Positions 57,508-64,000 of a DNA stretch of 64,000 nucleotides are shown piece after piece (positions within the stretch are counted from its first letter, which is position 1; each line of letters opens with the position of its first letter). This DNA is from Candidatus Kaiserbacteria bacterium RIFCSPHIGHO2_02_FULL_49_34 (GTDB lineage Bacteria; Patescibacteriota; Minisyncoccia; Phycocordibacterales; UBA918), in contig MFLE01000025.1 in the NCBI GenBank assembly GCA_001781205.1, positions 87,300 through 151,299 on the forward strand, written 5' to 3'. The translations under genes were made by a program, and so were the position numbers. The notes beneath the pieces were generated by a model, which was given only the letters and a program-made list of their open reading frames with translations, was not told the DNA's origin and did not search any database.

Positions 57508-57597
57508 TATAAGGCGTTTTTAACGCTTTTTTTGTATAACATATTTCGGAGCTCCGCAAGTTTATGCATACGAAAGGCATGGTACACTTGGCGCCAC

Positions 57598-58905
57598 ATG
57601 CAACCAACAATGAATCTTTCTGTCGATGGTGGCGCAAAGCTGCGCGGAACCGTCGTGACGAACACGTCAAAAAATGGTGCGGTTGGGCTTCTTGCCGCTG
57701 CACTCCTGAACAAAAACACCACCACCTTGCGCGGTATGCCTCGCATTGAGGAAGTAAACCGTCACCTTGAAGCACTTGTCTCTATCGGCATGGGTATAGA
57801 GTGGCATGGAGACGACCTCACCCTTACCCCGCCAAAGAAATACGATCTCAAAGCAATCGATTCAGAAGCAGCAATGAAGACCCGTAGTATTATTATGTAC
57901 ATCGGGTCACTCATGCATCACTTCAAGTCGTTTTCAATCCCCCAGTCGGGAGGTTGCAAGCTTGGCAGTCGCACCGTACGTCCGCACTTTTACGCACTCG
58001 AACACTTTGGCGTCCACATTGACACCAAAGACACAGCTTTCAAAGTAACGGTCGACAAAAAGGCGTCGGATGAGGTGATTCTCTACGAATCAGGTGACAC
58101 CGTTACCGAAAACGCTCTCCTAGCCGCTGCACTTACCGAAGGTATCACCACTATCAAATACGCAAGCGCAAACTACATGGTGCAGGAGCTCTGCTTCTTC
58201 CTCGAAGCGTGCGGTATCACTATCGAAGGCATCGGCACCTCAACGCTTCGTGTACATGGTATTCGCGAGATTAGCACACCCATTGTGTACGACCTTGCCG
58301 AAGACCCAACCGACGCAATGTTCTTCCTCACCGCAGCAATCGTGACGAACTCGGCACTGAGCATCACCCGTGTTCCAATTCACTTCCTCGAACTCGAACT
58401 CCTGAAACTTGAAAAAATGAATTTCAAGTACACACGCTCGAAGCCATATTTCTCAAACAATGGACGCACGGTGCTTGTTGATATTAAGACTAAGCCGTCA
58501 CAACTCGTAGCTCTCGAAGAAAAAATTCACCCGAACGTCTACCCTGGACTCAACGCTGACAACCTCCCCTTCTTTGCGGTTATCGCCACACAGGCCGAAG
58601 GCACCACCCTCATCCACGACTGGATGTACGAAAAGCGTGCAATCTACTTCACCGAGCTCGACAAGCTCGGCGCCCACACTGACCTCGCCGACCCACACCG
58701 CATCTTCATCCACGGCAAAACACCACTCCACGCAAACGAGCTCGTCTGCCCACCGGCACTACGCCCGGCAACGATTCTCCTCATCGCAATGCTCGGCGCA
58801 AAAGGCCACTCAATCCTCCGCAACATCTACTCCATCAACCGCGGCTACGAAGGCCTCGTAGAACGCCTCTCCGCCCTCGGCGCAAAAATTTCATATCTGA
58901 AATAA
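57598..58905 (+). CDS. murA: UDP-N-acetylglucosamine 1-carboxyvinyltransferase
   Basis: EPT fold with catalytic Cys region and conserved KLRGTV...GAVGLL blocks; start uncertain (MQPTMNLSV/MNLSV). Confidence 0.85.
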   Translation: MQPTMNLSVDGGAKLRGTVVTNTSKNGAVGLLAAALLNKNTTTLRGMPRIEEVNRHLEALVSIGMGIEWHGDDLTLTPPKKYDLKAIDSEAAMKTRSIIMYIGSLMHHFKSFSIPQSGGCKLGSRTVRPHFYALEHFGVHIDTKDTAFKVTVDKKASDEVILYESGDTVTENALLAAALTEGITTIKYASANYMVQELCFFLEACGITIEGIGTSTLRVHGIREISTPIVYDLAEDPTDAMFFLTAAIVTNSALSITRVPIHFLELELLKLEKMNFKYTRSKPYFSNNGRTVLVDIKTKPSQLVALEEKIHPNVYPGLNADNLPFFAVIATQAEGTTLIHDWMYEKRAIYFTELDKLGAHTDLADPHRIFIHGKTPLHANELVCPPALRPATILLIAMLGAKGHSILRNIYSINRGYEGLVERLSALGAKISYLK

Positions 58906-58954
58906 TGCAAAACACCTAGCGCAATTATTTGCGCTAGGTGTTTCTCGTATCACA

Positions 58955-59518
58955 TTACTTGGTGTGATATTTGAGCATTGCGGTTTCGCGGCCTTCTTTG
59001 ATAATTGTTGTGAGGGCGTCGATGAATGTCTTTGTGCTGCTTTCTATTTTTTGTCGTTCTTCGGGAGTGAAGGGCTTAAGGACGAAAGTAGCTCTAGCGT
59101 CGCCGGTGACGGGGTGATTCGGTTCGATGCCGATGCGTAGGCGGGTGTAGGCGGCAGTGCCGAAGGCACTGGTTACGCTAGCGACACCATTGTGTCCGCC
59201 GGCTCCGGCGTCGTAGGATATTTTAAGGTCGCCGACGGGGACATTGAGTTCGTCATGAATAACAATGGTGTTTTCGGGGAAGAGTCTTGCAGCGAGGACT
59301 ACTTGTCCGCTTTCGTTCATGTAGGTGTCGGAAAGGAGGAGCTGTACGTCGTGATCGCCTATGGTGCCGATACTCTTTTCTGCCTTCAAAAATTTATCGT
59401 GTTTAAATGCTGGAAAATTATTAGCTTCAGAAAACGCACGCAAAATATCCGCACCAATATTGTGGCGCGTTCCAGCGTATTCTGGTTCGGGGTTTCGGAG
59501 TGCTAGTACGGTGATCAT
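58955..59518 (-). CDS. pth: Peptidyl-tRNA hydrolase
   Basis: LRNPEPEYAGTRHNIGA N-terminal motif with catalytic His; about 187 aa. Confidence 0.8.
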   Translation of the reverse strand: MITVLALRNPEPEYAGTRHNIGADILRAFSEANNFPAFKHDKFLKAEKSIGTIGDHDVQLLLSDTYMNESGQVVLAARLFPENTIVIHDELNVPVGDLKISYDAGAGGHNGVASVTSAFGTAAYTRLRIGIEPNHPVTGDARATFVLKPFTPEERQKIESSTKTFIDALTTIIKEGRETAMLKYHTK

Positions 59519-59565
59519 ATATAATTTCTGTTTAATGAGGGGACAAAGTGATGGATTTTGTGGTG

Positions 59566-59640
59566 GTTAAAATCGATTTTAACCATCGCCTTCTTCAAAG
59601 CACCATACCCTCATTTTGTCATCCTGGCGAGATCCAGGCT
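59566..59640 (-). promoter_or_regulatory. Copy C of the conserved promoter/operator-like cassette, about 48 nt upstream of pth
   Basis: Minus-strand reading: CAGCCTGGATCTCGCCAGG-ATGACAAAA-TGAGGGTATGGTGC-TTTGAAG-N10-GGTTAAAATCGATTTTAACC (perfect 20-bp palindrome). Confidence 0.5.
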
Positions 59641-59648
59641 GCTGGGCA

Positions 59649-60977
59649 CTATTCGCCAAGTCCTTGTGTGACTACATTTGGCAGTAGTGCCCCACGAGTA
59701 TACCTATTCGACGGTGACCAAATCATCCAATCTTGTACGCCGGCATCGTAGCTCGCCTGAAACTGTGCGCGGATTTCTTTCGGGCCGTAGGTACCGCCAT
59801 AGTTGAAGTCTTGAATCCAGGTACGGAGCACTGCGGGTGGATAGCTTTGCTTTGCGTAGATTGCGGGTGTTGAGGTACCGATGCGTTCATGAGTGAATGC
59901 ATTAATACTCGTCGTTGTTGCAACCGCACGCTTCATACCCTCACTCATCGCGTGATGCACGATTGCATACGGCTGTGTGTTTGGATTCGGAATGCCGATG
60001 AAGTTCTTCGGGTAATGTGAAGGGTACACCATCGGTGCGATAGCGTCAAAATATGGCAATGCACGTTCAAGCACCTGTCCAATATTCATGCCGTCTTGCG
60101 CAGTTGTGGTCATTCCAAAAAGGTCTGCTGTGATAACAGGCACCTGCCGCTCACCCTCATGAATAGCCGCCGCATACCGAGACTCGTCTCGGAGTGCGGT
60201 GCTCAAATACTTGAAAAATGCCTCGAGGTTTTCTTCTTGACTTGTACCGTACTGTGTCGCTTCTGCCTGTGGATGAGAAATATCGCTCATATTGCCGTCG
60301 GATGGATAACGAACATAGTCAAAGTTTAGTTCATCAAAGCCGAGATTATATGCAGTAACAGAAAGATCAATGATGTGATCCCAATACCTCTTTGCGCCCA
60401 CATCAACAAACGCGAGACCTTTACTATCTTTCCACGTCGTTACTTTATCTGCCCGCTTCACCGCATCCTCAGGGTGCGCAGCAGCATAGAATGGATCCTG
60501 AAAGACGGTGATGCGCCCAATAACAAAGACGCCCTTTGCATGAAGCTGTGCAATAAATTCCTTCATGTCACGGGCACCACAGCGAGCATTTTCCCATGCC
60601 GGATACCAGAACGAATCTGTACCAGGATTAAACGAAAGTGTTCCTGAGAAGTCTTTGATATCAATAACGAGCGCATTCACTTCCGTATCATCAATCACGG
60701 ATACAACGTCCGCGCGAAAATCTTTTGTGCCGACGACGCATGAGGTCATATAAATAGCTTTGAGTGGTGACGGAAGCGCGACATGTTTGATGCGCTCGCG
60801 AGTATCAATGGGCAGAGATGGAGCTGCCGATGTTTCCTCGCCAACCGCTACCGCGGCTGTTGCGGTTTCTCCAGTAACACGCGTAACACTTCCCTCCTGC
60901 GGAATATTCGCAGAGAGCGCGTAGACAAGTACCCATACGGATGTGGTCAGACCCGCAGCAAGGAAAAACCGCATCAT
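59649..60977 (-). CDS. Secreted putative glycoside-hydrolase-like TIM-barrel protein (GHL/DUF4015-type; tentative)
   Basis: Signal anchor plus about 400-aa domain with FDELNFDYVRYP-type acidic motifs typical of GH-like TIM barrels. Confidence 0.4.
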   Translation of the reverse strand: MMRFFLAAGLTTSVWVLVYALSANIPQEGSVTRVTGETATAAVAVGEETSAAPSLPIDTRERIKHVALPSPLKAIYMTSCVVGTKDFRADVVSVIDDTEVNALVIDIKDFSGTLSFNPGTDSFWYPAWENARCGARDMKEFIAQLHAKGVFVIGRITVFQDPFYAAAHPEDAVKRADKVTTWKDSKGLAFVDVGAKRYWDHIIDLSVTAYNLGFDELNFDYVRYPSDGNMSDISHPQAEATQYGTSQEENLEAFFKYLSTALRDESRYAAAIHEGERQVPVITADLFGMTTTAQDGMNIGQVLERALPYFDAIAPMVYPSHYPKNFIGIPNPNTQPYAIVHHAMSEGMKRAVATTTSINAFTHERIGTSTPAIYAKQSYPPAVLRTWIQDFNYGGTYGPKEIRAQFQASYDAGVQDWMIWSPSNRYTRGALLPNVVTQGLGE

Positions 60978-61297
60978 ACGCGAAGAGTTGATGAGGTTGA
61001 TACGGCGGCACGGATTTTGGCAGCGTGTGTAGCTGGTGTTGCGCGCTGCGCGAGCGGCATTGCGGGAGCAACAGGCATAGGCTTGCGGGTTGATTCTGAA
61101 AATGAGGAACCATGGAGTTCACTAGAGTGGTGCGTGATGGAGCGACGATAGCGTGCGTGACGCAAACCAATCCCCAGGAGCACAAGAAGCACTCCACAAA
61201 GCACCAACAGCGTCTCACGTAGCGACTGCGGCACGCCAAGATACGGCACAAGTGCGACAAAAATGCCAAGGAACACAACGATAATCTCACGGGTCAT
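60974..61297 (-). CDS. Small membrane protein (two TM helices); start ATGA-overlaps the downstream gene
   Basis: 107 aa, hydrophobic N-terminal half; 4-nt overlap suggests translational coupling. Confidence 0.4.
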   Translation of the reverse strand: MTREIIVVFLGIFVALVPYLGVPQSLRETLLVLCGVLLVLLGIGLRHARYRRSITHHSSELHGSSFSESTRKPMPVAPAMPLAQRATPATHAAKIRAAVSTSSTLRV

Positions 61298-61384
61298 GTG
61301 AGCATTATACCCGCATCATTCCACAAATGCAAAAAACAAGAAAAAGCCGCACTCGAGGAGTGCGGCACAATGGGGTGTGGAATA

Positions 61385-62053
61385 CTAAGGAGCAACATGG
61401 CTCGCGTCGCCAACCCATACGCGCCAACCTTTCTTGCCGACACGGAGGGGATTACGGAAGGCGCCGTATTCAACTTTTACGATTACCGTGTTTTCAAATT
61501 CCTCGCCAGACTGCAGAAACATTTCGGGGGAGAAACTTGCACCGTATCGCATCACACAAAGGAGATACCTCAGAAACACACCATGCGTTACGACAACCGC
61601 ACACATTTCGGGTGCATCACGCAGGAACTGTTCCGCTCGGAATGCACGCTCTCGTGCCATACCGAAGGTTTCCTCATCATAGATTTGCTTACTTTGCGCA
61701 AACAGGTCAACAAACCAGGTCATGTACTTGATAAAATCAGGTTCATTGATTGACTTTCCCTGAAAATGAGTGGGGTTCATGCATTCGATGAGATCTGCAT
61801 TCTCTGTCACCAGGCAGCTCAGTGGCTTATTTGCAAGGTAAGCGGTTTGCTTTGCACGAATCATTGGGCTGCAATATATGTGCTGAAAAGGCATTCCACT
61901 GCTCTCCGCGATACGCGCAAGGCGATAGCCGAGCCGTGCAGCCTGCTGAATGCCACAACCACTGAGCGGGTTATGCCACCCTTGCACAATGCCATTTTCA
62001 TTCGCCTCAGTTTTGCCATGACGACACAGGTACAGTGTCTTTTCGACGTTCAT
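61385..62053 (-). CDS. Histidine phosphatase family protein (phosphoglycerate-mutase-like)
   Basis: LYLCRHGKTEAN RHG catalytic motif at the N-terminus, second His later. Confidence 0.7.
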   Translation of the reverse strand: MNVEKTLYLCRHGKTEANENGIVQGWHNPLSGCGIQQAARLGYRLARIAESSGMPFQHIYCSPMIRAKQTAYLANKPLSCLVTENADLIECMNPTHFQGKSINEPDFIKYMTWFVDLFAQSKQIYDEETFGMARERAFRAEQFLRDAPEMCAVVVTHGVFLRYLLCVMRYGASFSPEMFLQSGEEFENTVIVKVEYGAFRNPLRVGKKGWRVWVGDASHVAP

Positions 62054-62109
62054 GAGAAACTCCTTTGTATGGAAGAACAAGAATCAATACCATACCATAC
62101 TTATTTATG

Positions 62110-63897
62110 TTAAACAAGGAGAGACTCTGGCGTGTACTCTGGGCGAACACGTTCTATTGTAAGGAGTTTGTGCTGGAGCTCCTCTACATCTTCCGCGTTT
62201 TTTTCTGCTGCGCGGACTTGTGCGCGAATAAGGCTTGCGTGGTAGGCGATGATGGTTTTGTGGAATTGCGTGAGGGATTGCGCGATGCGGAAGGATTGGG
62301 TCTTAATGTGTTCGTTACGCTCCGTTTCTTCAAAGTCGCGTTTTATCTCTTTGGTACGGCGAGCAATGTAGTCGTTGACGTCGTGCTCGGTTGGTGTCTG
62401 CGGCATAGTGGAGAAGGCAACGAGTTCCTGCAGGATGTTGTCGAAAAAATCTTTAACGCGTTCATACATGACTTTCTTTTTGGGTTCGGTTGCGAGAATG
62501 GAGAGAAGGGTGTGGAAAAAGAGAAGATGCTCATGGATCCGCACGTCGTGATGTGGTTCTGCTTTTGGTGCTTCGAGTGGTGCGAGAGGTCGCTTCACGG
62601 CATCAGCTTTTGTTGGTTCGTCTGACTTTTTCCTTGCCGCGATAAGAGAGTCAATTTTCCCGAGAATTGCTTCTTTTGAAATCCCTGTCGCCCTCGCGAC
62701 TTCATTTGCAAAAAATTCCACCTCAATACGACTCGGCATGACGGCGATGAGCGGAAGGATTTCTTCTTCGGCAGCACGAATAAACGCACGGTCGTCTTTT
62801 GCGTCTTCTTTGAGAATAGTAAGGAGCCAGTCGACAATGGTGCTGGCCGCGCCAATTATTTTCTTGAGTTCTTCGGGGTGGTCTTTGGCGATATCGGCAG
62901 GGTCTTTGCCGCCGATAATACGCGCAACCTTCACATCCATACCACGCGAGAGCATTGGTTCTGCGGCACGTTTTGTCGCGGCGATACCGGCCTTGTCGGA
63001 GTCGAAGCAGAGCACGGAACGCCCTGAGAGGCGCGAGAGTAGGTCTATGTGCTGCATCGTAAAGCCGGTGCCCGACACCGCGACAGCGTTTTGATAGCCG
63101 GCTTGATGCGACATCACCACGTCGAATTGCCCCTCCACTACAAGCGAAAAGTCGTAGTGACGGATTCCTGTTTTTGCGAGGTGGTAGCCGTACATCATTT
63201 CTCCCTTTTTGAAGAGTTCGGTCTCAGGAGAGTTGACGTACTTTGGGTTCTTCGGGTCGTCGGAGAGCGTGCGTCCACTAAAGCCAATCACATGCCCTGA
63301 TGGGTCGCTAATCGGGAACATAACGCGGTTACGGAAGACGTCGTACGGATCCTTGCCATCAGCGCTTTTCACAAGTCCTGCGGCGAGCATCTCTGCGTCT
63401 TTGTAGCCTTTACTTTTGAGGTAATCGCGGAGATTACGCCAGCCATCGGGAGCGAGTCCGATACGCCATCCATGTGAAGTTTCTGTCGTGACGCCGCGGT
63501 TCTTGAGATACTCCTGCACTTGCGCAGACTTCTGCCCTTCCGCAAAGTAGTAGATTGTTGCATCCTCGAGAATAGCAAATGCCCTATCGCGCGCTGAGCG
63601 CTTTTCTGGATTTTCTGCAACGAGTTCAACACCCGCTTTGTCAGCAAGAATTTTAAGCGCTCCCTTAAAATCCACACCTTCCATGGTTTGGATAAAGCTA
63701 AACATGTCACCTCCCTGGGAGGTCGAGAAGCAGTAATACATGCCCCGGTCGGGCGACACATGAAAAGACGGCGTTTTCTCATTGGTAAACGGCGACTTTC
63801 CTTTCCAGCTCTTGCCGGCACGATGAAGCTCGACGTAGCCACCGACCACATCGAGAATAGAAAGTTTTTCTTTTATTTGTTCAACAGCTGATTTCAT
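62110..63897 (-). CDS. dnaG: DNA primase DnaG (with degenerate zinc-binding domain)
   Basis: Zinc-ribbon-like N-terminus, RNA-polymerase domain, TOPRIM (VVEGQFDVVMSHQAG...DSDKAG), C-terminal helical domain. Confidence 0.8.
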   Translation of the reverse strand: MKSAVEQIKEKLSILDVVGGYVELHRAGKSWKGKSPFTNEKTPSFHVSPDRGMYYCFSTSQGGDMFSFIQTMEGVDFKGALKILADKAGVELVAENPEKRSARDRAFAILEDATIYYFAEGQKSAQVQEYLKNRGVTTETSHGWRIGLAPDGWRNLRDYLKSKGYKDAEMLAAGLVKSADGKDPYDVFRNRVMFPISDPSGHVIGFSGRTLSDDPKNPKYVNSPETELFKKGEMMYGYHLAKTGIRHYDFSLVVEGQFDVVMSHQAGYQNAVAVSGTGFTMQHIDLLSRLSGRSVLCFDSDKAGIAATKRAAEPMLSRGMDVKVARIIGGKDPADIAKDHPEELKKIIGAASTIVDWLLTILKEDAKDDRAFIRAAEEEILPLIAVMPSRIEVEFFANEVARATGISKEAILGKIDSLIAARKKSDEPTKADAVKRPLAPLEAPKAEPHHDVRIHEHLLFFHTLLSILATEPKKKVMYERVKDFFDNILQELVAFSTMPQTPTEHDVNDYIARRTKEIKRDFEETERNEHIKTQSFRIAQSLTQFHKTIIAYHASLIRAQVRAAEKNAEDVEELQHKLLTIERVRPEYTPESLLV

Positions 63898-64000
63898 GAT
63901 CCTGAGCGTGGCTTCGGTGTAACTTGTATTGGACTCTTAATGTCTGGCGTCCACGGATCAGACTTAATCTCACCGTGTGCTCCTTCAAATTCCGCAACAC

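Overview
The window looks like a gene-dense stretch of a small bacterial chromosome at about 50% GC. Compact housekeeping genes, many secreted or sortase-linked surface proteins, and tRNA genes lacking an encoded CCA suggest a Patescibacteria/CPR-like or similar reduced genome; that placement is inference.

Recognisable core genes are pyrG, mnmA, rmuC, yqeY, nth, serS, ftsE/ftsX, rsmI, murC, tgt, an FKBP isomerase, rseP, frr, efp, murA, pth, dnaG, a class V cysteine desulfurase, thpR, a sigma-70 factor and homospermidine synthase. Four tRNA loci are present: Trp-CCA, Arg-CCT, Tyr-GTA, and two Glu copies (CTC and TTC).

The accessory or unusual content is:
- A roughly 75-90 nt promoter/operator-like cassette with two palindromic modules, found three times upstream of unrelated genes (rsmI, the yvcK-HAD fusion, pth).
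- A near-perfect 100-nt direct duplication of tRNA-Glu plus its upstream region, bracketing a single AT-rich NYN-domain nuclease gene.
- An AT-rich orphan gene for a 596-aa membrane protein of unknown function beside a DUF3761 gene.
- Partial tRNA-Trp and tRNA-Tyr 3'/anticodon-arm fragments repeated downstream of the intact genes. A tandem pair of uncharacterised paralogues sits next to the Trp scars. A strongly structured non-coding stretch sits next to the Tyr fragment.
- An operon of two paralogous transporter-less solute-binding proteins with a membrane-anchored Cache-like sensor lacking an output domain.
- A tandem ATP-grasp ligase pair.
- A DnaG whose zinc-ribbon ligands are mostly substituted.
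- A sortase with its LPXTG substrate carrying an ice-binding-like (DUF3494) domain.

No CRISPR array, integrase or transposase was recognised. All calls are from reading the sequence and ORF translations; no database searches were run.
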